Origin: Chlorokybus atmophyticus
Taxonomy: Eukaryota; Plantae; Mesostigma and Chlorokybus algae
NCBI GenBank assembly: GCA_009103225.1
Contig: RHPI01003729.1
Span: 1-64,000 of the forward strand
DNA length: 64,000 bases
Direction: 5' to 3'
Shown here one piece after another: positions 1 to 10,600 of this stretch (positions are counted from its first letter, which is position 1; every line of letters begins with the position of its first letter). The notes under the pieces were generated by a model. That model searched no databases. It had not been told where the DNA came from and saw only the letters and a list, made by a program, of their open reading frames with translations. The position numbers and the translations under genes were made by a program.

Positions 1-3000
1 GTGGTCGCCAACGCTACCTCGTGGTCCCACGCCATTGGACCGCTGGCCACAGGCCAGACTCGAGAGCAACTCGAGGCTCTCCTCACCAAGTGGAGGAGCC
101 AATTCAGCTTCAGTGTGAAGGAGCTAGGCATCTGCTCAGCATACCAGATGGACATTGAACCAGTGGACACCGAACCGGTGTTCAGAAGACAGTACCGCCT
201 CTCCAAGTTAGAAGAAGACTTGGTGGAACATAGGTGCAAGGCGCTGCTAGATGCAGGCCTGATCGAGGAGTCTACATCGGACTTTGCGGCCGCGACCGTC
301 ATGCCNAGATTCAGCAGGCAACTGGACAGACCGGCGCATGTGTGGCGACTATCGCCCCCTCAACAACAAGACCAAGCAGGACAGGTATCCAATGCCTACC
401 GCAAAAGGCATTTTTGACGATGTAGGAGACTGCACGGTCTTTAGTATCCTGGATATGCGCCAAGGGTACAACCAGATCGCCATCAAGGAGGAGGACAAGC
501 ACAAGACTTCCTTCTGGGGAAACCGGCAGCTGTACCAGTGGAAGGTCATGCCCTTCGGACTGAAGAACGCTCCGGCCAAGTTCCAGCGCGTCATGGACAA
601 AGCCCTCAAGGGGTTGGACTTCGCACGCTGCTACATCGACGACATCCTCATCTTCAGTCACAGCAATGAGGAGCATCTCCAGCACATCGAAGAGGTGCTA
701 CAGAGGCTGAAGGAAGTCGGGATGACGGTGCACCCTGACAAGTGCACCTTCTTCACCCACAAGGTACCCTACCTAGGACACATGATTGTGCCCCATGGTG
801 TGTACGTACAGCAGGCCAAAGTGGAGGCACTGGTGGCTATCCCTGCCCCCACAGACCTCACGCGGCTGCGGGCCTTCCTCGGCCTTGCCAACTATTACCG
901 CCGGTTTGTCAAGGACTTTGCCAAGATCGCAAGGCCTCTTAACGAACTACTGAAGAAGGACACCGAGTTCTTGTGGAAGAAGGCACAACAGGAGGCCTTT
1001 CAGGAGCTGAAGCTCCACCTCACCACAGCTCCCATTCTGCAACGCCCTGACTACACCAGGTCGTTCATCCTGCACACAGACTGGAGCAAGCTCGGCATGG
1101 GGGCCGTGCTCGTACAGCACGACAACAACAAGAAGGAGCGCGTAGTGTCGTACGCCAGCCGCAGCAACAACAGTGCTGAGGCCAACTACAGCAGCTACGA
1201 AGGGGAGTGTCTCGCCGCAGTGTGGGCCATCTCCTTCTTCCGACCCTTCCTGTTTGGACGGCAGTTCCAACTGATCACCGACCATCAACCCCTCAAGTGG
1301 CTAATGAACAACCAGCACTTGACAGGAAAGTTAGCACGATGGGCGCTGCTGCTCCAGGAGTACGACTTCGAGGTGGAACACCGCGCAGGCCTTGCCAACC
1401 AGGATGCGGATGGCCTCAGCCGTAACCCCCACCTCAGCACCAACGACGCCATAGGCGCCCGACATGAGTTGGGTTCTACAGCTGCACCTTCAGGTGTGGC
1501 CACCATGTTCGCTGTCGCTGCGCTACGCTCAGGATGCAGGACTCAGATCGCTGAGGCAGCAGCAGACGGGGACATGCCCGCTCTCGAGCCCGCCATCACC
1601 ACCACAGATCCTTTATCAGAAGAAGCGATCGCTGCCGACCCTGAGGTGGATGATGAGGAGCTGGCACCCACCGACACACGACAAGACATCTGGCTGGACG
1701 AGCCATCCCTCGCACTGCTTCAAACTGGACAACTTCCAGCAGGCATGAGCGCACGCGAGAAGGACCGTGTCCGGCAACGCACTCAGCGTTACCGCTGGGC
1801 CAACGACAGGCTGTATCGACGGATACAAGATGCAGATCAGGAGGTCCCCACACCAGCTGCACGTGAAGGCATCATCTCCTCCCTTCACACCGAGCTCGGG
1901 CACTTCGGTGTCAAGCGCACGGTCAGCCTGGTTAGGACCCAGTACTGGTGGTATGGGGTGCACAGACAGGTGCGGGAGTTCGTCAGCAACTGTCAGCAGT
2001 GTGACATGGTTCGCGCCAGCCTCAACACGCGCAATGCCACCTTGCATCCCCTTCCCATTTCCGGGTTGTTCTACCGCTGGGGACTGGACATCCTTGGAGA
2101 CCTAGCGCCCTCAGCGCGAGGCAACCGCTACATCCTCGTCATGATCGAGCACTTCTCTCCAAGTGGGTGGAGCTGGTGCCCCTGCCCGACAAGAGCAGTG
2201 AGGGAGTAGCCCAGGCTTTCCTCTCCCATATACTCGGACGCTTCGGCAGCTGCGCTGAAGTCATCACCGACCAGGGTACGGAGTTCAGAGGAGCCTTCGA
2301 CAAGCTTATCGAAAGATGCTTCATCGACCACCGTCGCACCTCACGCGACCACCCGCAGGCCGACGGCCTCGCCGAGCGTACCGTGCAGACTATCAAGAAG
2401 GCACTGCGCAAGTACGTCCTCGCCTACGAGAAGAATACCTGGGATGATCACATCCCATGGGTAGCAATGGGCTACCGGCTGTCCAAGCAGGCAGCCCTGC
2501 GAGAGTACAGCCCATACTATCTACTGTTCGGAAGGCAGCCATTGCTCCCTTTCCGCGCACAGCAGGAGGTCGACAGAGTGGTGGACAATCTCGACAATCC
2601 CGACGAGATGTTGTATGATCAAACAGTGCGCAGTGCGCTGTTCAAACACACAGTCCCCATGGCCTTCAACAACCTGCGTATCGCGCAGCACCGCGACACG
2701 CTGCGTTACGAGCGTGTGCGCAGTGGCTTCTACAAGGAGCGGGAGCGCCGCTTCGAGTCAGGAGACTTCGTCTATCGTATGGCGTCTACACGTGACACCC
2801 TCGATACCTCCGTCGGGCGTGCTGTCTACAAGGTATTGAAGGTGCACCCCACAGGGGTACTGGACCTGCTGGGACAACGAGGCGAGCGCATGAAGGACAA
2901 CATGGTCAACTGCGCGCCCTGTCATCTCCCCTACATTGCTGGCTTCACCAAGATCCAGCACCCGCGTCCGCTGCGCAGCACCCGATGCGAGAAGTGTGGC

Positions 3001-3150
3001 AGCGCCGACGACGACCCATTGATGATGTTATGCGACGGCTGTAATCAAGGCATGCACTGCTACTGCCTTGACCCTCCACTGGACGCAGTACCCTTGTGGG
3101 AGTGCTGGTGCGATGACTGCCGCATCAATGGTCCCCCACACAGTCGGTAG
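1..3150 (+). pseudogene. pol: Gypsy pol polyprotein (RT-RNaseH-integrase-PHD finger) with two frame disruptions
   Basis: ORFs 1..417, 284..2209 and 2167..3150 join into one pol. The first break is at the ambiguous n at 307. The second is near 2155, where ttctctccaag replaces the expected ttctccaag (EHFS-KWVEL), a 2-nt slip. The C-terminal C4HC3 PHD finger spans 2986-3120. Confidence 0.88.
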
Positions 3151-3188
3151 GAACTGAGTTCTGGACTAGAGGGCTACCCCAGAATCTC

Positions 3189-3196
3189 AGGGGGGG
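3189..3196 (+). other. Polypurine tract of the Gypsy element
   Basis: An A followed by a G run lies about 40 nt after the pol stop and 5 nt before TGTTG. Confidence 0.7.
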
Positions 3197-3201
3197 TGAC
3201 T

Positions 3202-3469
3202 TGTTGACTGTGTGCACTACGACACAGTCTGTACACAAAGGTGGCGAGCGACATCGGCTCGTCCACTGCACTAAACACCGCGTAGGCTCATCTTCAAGCC
3301 TATGCCCACGATTGGGGGGTTGTCTTTTGCTTACATGACTCCAATGCACTGCACGGCACTAGCATGCGTGCAGCACTAGCACTCCTCCGCAGCCTGTCCG
3401 AGACAAGGTTGCCCTCGACCATAACATGCACGACAAAGACCCCACGCTAACGCCCAGCCCATCACAACA
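3202..3469 (+). repeat. Putative 3' LTR
   Basis: Starts TGTTG just after the PPT. The matching inverted terminus CAACA is at 3465-3469. No second LTR copy is in the window, so the right boundary is tentative. Confidence 0.45.
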
Positions 3470-3866
3470 AATCCACCTGACATCGCAGTCGCAAGGGCAA
3501 GCTAGAATGCATGCGTTCTTGATACACCGTGCACATTGCTTTTTGCTTAACTTCAAACTTTGATGCTTGCTTCTTTCATGACTTCATGACTGGCACAGTG
3601 ACTCACTGCATGCGTTCTGGACACTGTGCACGTTGTTCTTCTTGCTCAACTGTGAGGGTTGCATCTTTCATGGCTGGCAGCATGAGTCACGTGGTTGTGC
3701 TTGCAGAGGGTTGGTTGGAACTTCCAACCTAAACGCATGTGGCCGTGACGTAGCAACCTCGGCCGTCAGCAACTCTTCCCCCCCAAGCAAGTGGAAGCTT
3801 GGCAACGAGGTAAGCACTGTGTGACACTGTGACATTGTGTGTAACGGATTGTTCTTCTGTGGACAG

Positions 3867-4577
3867 CATTTGCGAGATGCCGTCGTTGAAATCATTTTAG
3901 CGACCGTTTACGATGATCATAAACGGCCACTGGGGAGGAAGCCACGTTTAGCCTAAGGAGGACACTATTCCACACGTCATGTGTCTGGTGCTGTGAATGC
4001 TTCATGACCTCACTGCACCGTGACACTGACCAATTTGCCCGTGACAGGTAGTTGGCTTCGACCATGACGACGAGGCCGATGCGGCCAAGTTCTATGAGAT
4101 GTACCGGACGCCCAAGGAGTGCCCCTTCCACTGGAGTGTCGCCTTGAAGAAAGCTACCCAGGTCCGGTTTGAGAACGTCACCAAGATCAAGCATGTCCTT
4201 GAGCAGGAGTGCAAGCGAACACTGTTTAACATCAACAAGCGCAGTGAGTTGGGTCCCTCACCACCATGTCTGCTATGCAACACTGCCTTCCTACTCAGCC
4301 TCCATACACACGTACGCATCTCGCCTATTGTAATCGATTCAATTAGGCACATCGACGCCCTAATGGACCCCGAGACCCAAAAAGCCCAGATGCGCAACGC
4401 GCTCCAAAGAAAGTCACAGGCACTATTATAGCCCAGTGCAGGCTCAACTTGAACTATCTATATCGTGATTAATGCCTTGTTGGTATGACTCTCGCAGACA
4501 AGTCATGGCGGAAATTTGAGGTGACCGACAATGCAGACTCGGAGTGGAGGAGATACATGTTAAAGAGTGAACTGTAA
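3867..4577 (+). pseudogene. Degraded spliced coding remnant of unknown function, probably transposon-borne
   Basis: AG-preceded coding-like segments at 3867, 4048 (VVGFDHDDEADAAKFYEMYRTPKECPFHW..) and 4347 (HIDALMDPETQKAQ..), plus a segment DKSWRKFEVTDNADSEWRRYMLKSEL*. Splice phases do not fully reconcile. No recognisable family. Confidence 0.3.
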
Positions 4578-4642
4578 CGGAAAGGTCCTGATAGTAACGG
4601 AAGTTACTATCAGGTCCCTGTATCGAGATTACAGGTGGACTG
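4573..4642. repeat. Hairpin cluster resembling a pogo/Tc1-type transposon terminus
   Basis: Perfect 12-bp stem cctgatagtaac-ggaa-gttactatcagg (4587-4614) and a second stem cctgta..tacagg. On the minus strand the end reads CAGTCCACCTGTAATCTCGA, like CAG-starting pogo/Tigger TIRs, but no flanking TA is present. Confidence 0.4.
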
Positions 4643-4672
4643 AGCCACGACGGTCTAAATAAGTATTTTCAG

Positions 4673-5263
4673 GTGCACGGCCGTTGCCAATATTTAATCG
4701 GCCGGCAGGGGAAATATTTTGATGCGAAGACACCGGAGCAAGCTGCCGAGGGCAATGATATGGACGAGGTTGTTCGACGTAGAGGAGTTGCCATTGGAGG
4801 TGCAGGCAGAGCGCACCATCGCTGAGCTTGAGAAACTGCGTGTGCGCGATGAGGCCAATGCGGCAAGAGCCTCACACATCGTGCTATCAGATGACGATGA
4901 GGGCGACATTGATAGCATGTGTACCAGTAGCGATGAGGATGCGGTGGAGGTTGATGGTGATGACTCTGATGATGATCTTTGAGTAGTGCAAGTTATTGGT
5001 TTTAAGTTGTTGCTATGTGTGATTTACATGCACATGCGCACGCACGCACGCGCACACATGCGCACGCACATGCACGCACACAACGCGTGGTATAATGGCA
5101 ATACAGTCCCCCTTAGGGGGGACACAAAAATGGAGGGCGAACTCTAACGTTTAAGCACAGTCCCCCCCTCGATTTGGGGGGGGGNCGGGTGGGTGCACGC
5201 CTATCCTTCACCCTAGGGGGGACTGTATTTTGGGGGGGGGACTGTATTGGGGTAAATACGGTA
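4673..5263 (+). mobile_element. 3' fragment of an IS630-Tc1-mariner superfamily DNA transposon
   Basis: VHGRCQYLIGRQGKYFD resembles the last helix of Tc1/mariner DDE domains. A frameshifted acidic tail follows (ORF 4719..4982). The right end reads TA-CCGTATTTACCCCAATACAGTCCCCC on the minus strand, with four ACAGTCCCCC subterminal repeats in both orientations (5100-5248). Confidence 0.55.
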
Positions 5264-6665
5264 GTATGCGGACATTAAAAAAACGGCATACATTAAATGA
5301 GTAGATAATCCAAGTAGGAGAAATAAATATGTAATACAATCGTGACACACATAAAGCTTCATGCCAAGGGCTGTAATTGCGGTTGGCTTTGGGTCATAGC
5401 TCACAAGGATGCAGTGCTTCCACAACCATGCTTGCAAGCGTGCACATAATGCACATACATACATATTATATTACGTTCACAAAATGTTGTCAACTTAATA
5501 TTTACAAAGTACAAGGAAGGCGTCTGAGCCATAAAAAAACAACCTTACTACATACGCAAATGGTAGTTGTGACGGTGCTCGTGCCTTGCCACCTGTGAGT
5601 TGATCCAATCAACAACCCTCTCACCAAGGCACAGTATTCACACCGGAACCTTACCCCCTCTGCCAAGCTCACACGCGCGCCCCGCCACTCGCGTACGCAC
5701 GCGCATGCGCTCGAAGCTACACACCGACTTGTGTAACGCCTTGGATCGTCACACAAGCAAGCACACACTAGTGGACACTCGCTAGCAACCCCTGCTAACC
5801 ATCACCAAGCTTGCACACAAGAAACTGGGGAGCTAAAGGTTGTATTGCAAATTGTAGAATGTCGGTTTTATACCTACCAGTCTGCACATGCTACTATCTC
5901 AACGATTCTAGCGCTAGACGGACTAGAAGCTAAGATATTCTTGCAGAATCTTGTAGTACACGTCTAGACCTTTCCGACGCACCAAAGATCTCCTCATTTG
6001 CTGCTTCTATGGTCAAATTATACTACTTGGCGCCAGGCCCTTCCAGAAATCTGGTCGAGCCTTGCTCGACTGGCCCTCCGTTTTCTGGCGTCTTCCAGAC
6101 TGGCCCTGGGCCGGTCGATATCTGCGGCAGACTCGCAACTCGCCGATATCCGCTACAAGTCATGGAAAACATGGTATCTCACAAATAAGGCCTAAAGTGG
6201 CCATGAAAATCACGAAATTTGGCCTTGACTGTTACAGTACATGAAAAGTCCCCCCATTGAGGACGATTAAGAACGGACGCAATTGACATGCGTGAACCTC
6301 CAAAGTCACCCCACAACATTATATAATATGATAATTGAGGGCATGCTTGTGTAACGCGCTGCACATGCGAAAAACACAAAAGCATTTGCTGTTGCAATTC
6401 GGATACGGTTACACATGAAGACGACCATGATGGTACGGAAATGGACGTAAATTGCACATCTTTAATATTACTATAGAAAGGGGTAAATCATTGTTGATTT
6501 TTAGTCAATAATCGTATACCTCTTTTATTAATATAGTATACCAGTAACATACTTCTCATTGCGTGCTTGTACATTGTTGAGCGTGCTAGTGCTTTTATTT
6601 GGCCAACCTTATTGCATAGTCATTTTTCATATCTCAAGTTGCATTGTTTCTGCTAAAGTGCTACA

Positions 6666-7004
6666 GTCACAGCCCACTCGACCACTAAAGACTTGGTGCT
6701 TTTATGGTCGACTTGTGGTAATTTAATGTACCTTCCCGTTACATTCCCCCCACTTAAGAACGCTGACGTCCTCGGCAGCTGGCTCCCATCAGCTGGGCAA
6801 TCATCCCAGGGGTCTGATTAGAGTCGGTCACCGGCCCCACCACCCAAGGATCGGCTAAGTTAGGCCCATACCAGTCAACGCGCGCATAGCGCAAGTGCAA
6901 GGCAGGAATTGAACCCGGGTCTCAAGCTCCAATACGAGTGTCACAGCCCACTCGACCACAAAAGACTTGGTGCATTTATAGTTGATTTGTGGTAATTAAC
7001 CACA
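6666..7004 (-). mobile_element. Miniature non-coding LTR element (TRIM-like) with partial LTRs
   Basis: 58-nt direct repeats at 6666-6723 and 6940-6997 (5 mismatches). Between them on the minus strand are a PBS-like TGGTATGGGCC (6863-6873), about 120 nt of non-coding sequence, and a Gypsy-type end GAGGACGTCAGCGTTCTTAAGTGGGGGGAA-TGTAA (PPT 6744-6757, LTR start 6743). Confidence 0.6.
6895..6966 (-). promoter_or_regulatory. tRNA-derived Pol III type-2 promoter-like sequence inside the LTR
   Basis: Minus-strand A box TGGTCGAGTGG (6948-6958) and B box GGTTCAATTCC (6905-6915) at tRNA-like spacing, with a T-arm-like GACCCGGGTTCAATTCCTGC. No clean acceptor or anticodon stems. Confidence 0.6.
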
Positions 7005-8077
7005 CCTGTATCTGTACAGCTACCGCATGAAATAGCACTTTTGCATTAATATGTTGCAACATATTATTGTGCGATATAATAATTGGGCATTGCGCTACCG
7101 TTGCTCATGTCGTTAAGCCTGATTCACATACTCGGTGCGCAATTGTTAACTTGTACAGAAATTGACAACCATCTAGTAGTACAACGCACACTGAGTATGT
7201 GCATCATGTTGGTATACTCCCTGCCTGCTCATGCAGCTGCCCCGCCTTGCAATGGCACATAATGCACTAGAGCATCTAGTGTAAGCCCCTGATGTAATTA
7301 AAACTGTCTGCCTTGTCCATTGCCTGCTTTGTGCTTGCTGCTTCGAATGTGCATGTGTGTGTGTGCATGACTGTGCATCATCGACTCGGTTTCATACCAC
7401 AGGCAAAGCCTGTATTACTAAGCACATCAACATCACATCAAAACAAGCAAATGGGGTCTTCGGAAGACATAATACGCTACAGCTAAGTGCATTTCATGTC
7501 TAGCTAGCACAGCACTTCGTATATCCTGTACACGCAGCTGCCTACCCTGTACACATGAGCTTGATGGAAATGAGAGCACGAAGGGAGGGTAGCAACTTCA
7601 TTTGTCAGCACCGCGCAGATGCACTCTCAGTCACTATCAACATCACCGTTGTGAGTGCCCACGCCATCTAACAAGCTGCTTCTTGAACCGAACTGCAACC
7701 TTGTATGCCAAAGTACTGCAAGTGATTAATTGAAATATGTGTACATAAGGGGTATGGTATTATGTGCATGTGTTTCAAGCGCATCTGACTGTATGTGTAT
7801 GAAGATCTAAGACACTATTGGACACATGTCCTGGAATCATTGCACCACTCATCGGTTTTCGATGTAATTAATTTCCTTAGATGAGCATATTCAGTACTGC
7901 AGCAACAAACACCAGATGCACAACGACCATTGCCATTCAACAACTGGTGCAATATGTGGCTACGCTCCAAACTGCTGTCAATAAGCACTTTTCCGCGAGT
8001 ACAACACCGCAACCAAATGTGTCACCCATGTGTAACACAAGTTATCAGTCCAACTAATTTTGAACAGCGCTACCCTG

Positions 8078-10030
8078 CTACCCATGTCGGTCATGCCCGC
8101 TTTGCTGTGGAGGTGTTTGCGGCCAGATTCCCAACAAGTCCTTCCACCAGCCGCTAATCTTCGCCATTGAGGCGAGAGACGTTGGCGAGGCCTGCTTTGC
8201 ATCAACCTTCTGCATGTGCTGTGATTGTCGGGACTCCTCCCATTGTGCCTCGCTGCTCATTGCTGCGGTGGAAGCGACGGGCCAAGATACCTCAGCTGCG
8301 TCTGAGCCTGAGATGTTACGGGCAGGGAGTTGGGCCTGAAGAACTTTAGGAGACCCTGCCTCAGCTTCCGCATCCGACCCACCGGTGAAGCCCTTTGCGC
8401 TGCGGGGAGCTCTGCGCTGTTCATGTCCTGCATCAAGAACCTGCAATTGAGGACTCCCAACATTACACCCAGAAGAGATGCGTCTCACATGCACAGCTGC
8501 GCAAGCATGTGGATAACTGTGCATGCATGCACGCTCACACATGCAGGCACAGAAGAGTGAGACCACACATACACAGGGCGCGTGCCATGTGCTAGTACAA
8601 CTGTCTCACCTCTTCTGCAGGTTTGGATGAGCTAGGCTTCTCTTCATCAACGTTGATGGTGAATACTTCCCCTCCCTCCACTTGCCATGTACTCTCACCG
8701 ACCCATGGATCTTCCACTCGCACGACAACATCTCCATTTGGAGTGATGCTATCCAGCGCAAGCACTAGGTTCTCACCAGGCTGCCAGCTGGGCTGAGAGC
8801 CTTTGCCTTGCAGCAAGTATTTGTACTCGACTCGCTCACCTGCATTGAGCAACTGCACAGCAAGCAATAGTCAGAGGTGATGAACTGTATTCATCACCAA
8901 CGTGTAAAGCTGCACATGCACCTGGTCAGGATACAAGCTCTCAACTTACAATCTGTCCTGCCCATGACCCGTCTTCTTGCCACTCTAGCGGTATAGCACA
9001 TGATGGATCCCAATCACCCAGCTGAGGTCCGGACCCGACAACTGCAAAGCTTTCTCCAAAGTCGCAGGTGTGCTTCAAGTTGAACTGTACAGCCACTGTT
9101 GGGAGTGCGAGTACAAGCGGTCAGGCATGATAGTGTTGGCGTAACATGTGAGCTGCAAGCATGTGACAAGTGGTAATGACTGACTGCAACAACAAGAGCA
9201 GCTGCGAGCGGCACATAACATGTTTGACAGGCGTACCTGTGTCAATTGCGCCCTGTACGTCAGTGATGTGCACGCTATGCCTGATGCTGCAGACTGAACT
9301 TGCGGAAAGCACCTGCAACAGCCGTCCGCATCAACCTTGAGTTGGCACATCACCGTGCGCATGCCAACTGCAAACAGGCCCACTCGCGCATTCAACACAG
9401 CCAGCTGCGGCTGCAATAACAAGCTTTACTGCATGCAATGCACTTGTCGAAAGCTGCTACTTGTCAGGTAGATGTTGACATGCGTCAAACATCTTGCAGT
9501 ATTTATCTATATTGCAGTGCAAACAGCAAGCTTTCATGCCAAGAGGGCGCGTGCACAATAGTTGGCAATGCTTATGTGCTCAGTTCCATGCTCAGTGAGA
9601 TACTGATCTCATGGCACTCAATGCAAAGCGATGCAATGCTTTCCATTGGAAGATCAGATGTGGATGTATGCAGTAGTGTTTCTGAGCTGGCTACACGCAA
9701 ATATGCACTGCAAACCGGCTTGCAAGACCAACATCATGATAGAGATCAACAAGAAAGCTTGACGAGCTGATCTCTACGTCAGAGATCAGCAAGAAATGAA
9801 GCAGTAATGCCAATATATGCACTTGCCGTTGTATGCGAAGGTTGCTTGCGCACAGCCAGCTGCTTGCCGTGAAGGAAGGCATGCTGAGAAGATGGAGCAG
9901 CGGGAGTTCGGGGTTGAGTGTCCGCCTGCTGGCCTGCCCGCCGGTGCTGACGGCATCGGAACGAGCAGGACAATGTTGTCGAAGTCAATGCAGGCGTCAA
10001 GGATCTTCCTGGAGCCACCACCGCCGCCAT
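8078..10030 (-). CDS. CBM20 starch-binding-domain protein with putative plastid transit peptide, no catalytic domain (5 exons)
   Basis: Exons approx. 10030-9827, 9312-9237, 9095-8950, 8852-8610, 8440-8078 splice in frame. They give VQFNLKHTCDFGESFAVVGSGPQLGDWDPSCAIPLEWQEDGSWAGQI-LLNAGERVEYKYLL..WQPGENLVL, the CBM20 signature. The N-terminus is Ser/Thr/Arg/Ala-rich. Confidence 0.82.
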
Positions 10031-10480
10031 GGTGGGCCTCAGGAGAAGGGGCGCCGTCCCCGCGTATTCACTCAGCAGCCAAGCCCCTCAAGCTGTACCA
10101 CACCAATGCAAGCCCGACCGCACACGTCCTCCGCAGCGATCGCAGCCCACACGCCGAGACGCCCGATGCAAGTCCTCCTTGCGCTCCAGCACCAGCTCCT
10201 AGTCCACCTCGTCCTCCTCCTCCGCCTCCTCCGCCGCGGACTCACTCAGGCCGCCTGTGACAGCAGTGAGTCACTGTTGTCACTGCCAGCGACAGGACGA
10301 CGCGGCTTGTACAATGCTGCCAATGAAGTGAAGTTCCGTTCTTGGTTAGGGTATAAAGGGAACAAACCGCAGTCGAGCTAAACGGCTTTATTCCACAAAC
10401 ATCCTGCAGGCGAAGAGGTAGGCAATTGTGTTGTGCATGCGGTCTTATCGCGTTTGTGCAAGACCCGCGGGCGGCTGGAA

Positions 10481-10489
10481 TTAGGGTTT
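10481..10489 (-). promoter_or_regulatory. Telo-box (AAACCCTAA) upstream of RPL26
   Basis: TTAGGGTTT lies about 110 nt upstream of the RPL26 ATG. Telo-boxes are established in plant translation-apparatus gene promoters. Confidence 0.55.
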
Positions 10490-10600
10490 GTGGTTGCGCC
10501 TGTAGGTGGTCTCTTTGGCGGCGTCAGCGGCGGTGGCGGCGGGCGGCGGCGACCGCCGTGCGCGTCTTCTTGGTTGGATTGGGGCTGGAAATCGGGCGCG

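Larger units (their letters stand above)
1..3469 (+). mobile_element. Ty3/Gypsy LTR retrotransposon, 3' part (5' end lies outside the window)
   Basis: Domain order is RT (YIDDILI), RNase H (LHTDWS, ITDHQPL, ADGLSR), then integrase (HTELGH..CQQC zinc finger; D-D-E in WGLDILG, ITDQGTEF, GLAERTV). This order is diagnostic of Gypsy. A G-rich polypurine tract and a TG-starting putative LTR follow. Confidence 0.95.

Noticed and set aside
300-320. Programmed ribosomal frameshift in pol
   Set aside because: The break falls on an ambiguous base inside RT, not at a gag-pol junction, and there is no slippery heptamer.
4695-4697. In-frame TAA as a sign of TAR=Gln recoding
   Set aside because: RPL26 ends in TAA, and tomosyn, PP2A-B and GRWD1 end in TAG at their expected C-termini, so the code is standard.
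5590-6470. Possible solo LTR or non-autonomous DNA element
   Set aside because: The texture is TE-like, but no termini, TSD or second copy could be defined within the window.
6895-6966. Functional tRNA gene
   Set aside because: A and B boxes are present, but acceptor and anticodon stems do not pair, and the sequence sits inside a repeated LTR-like unit.
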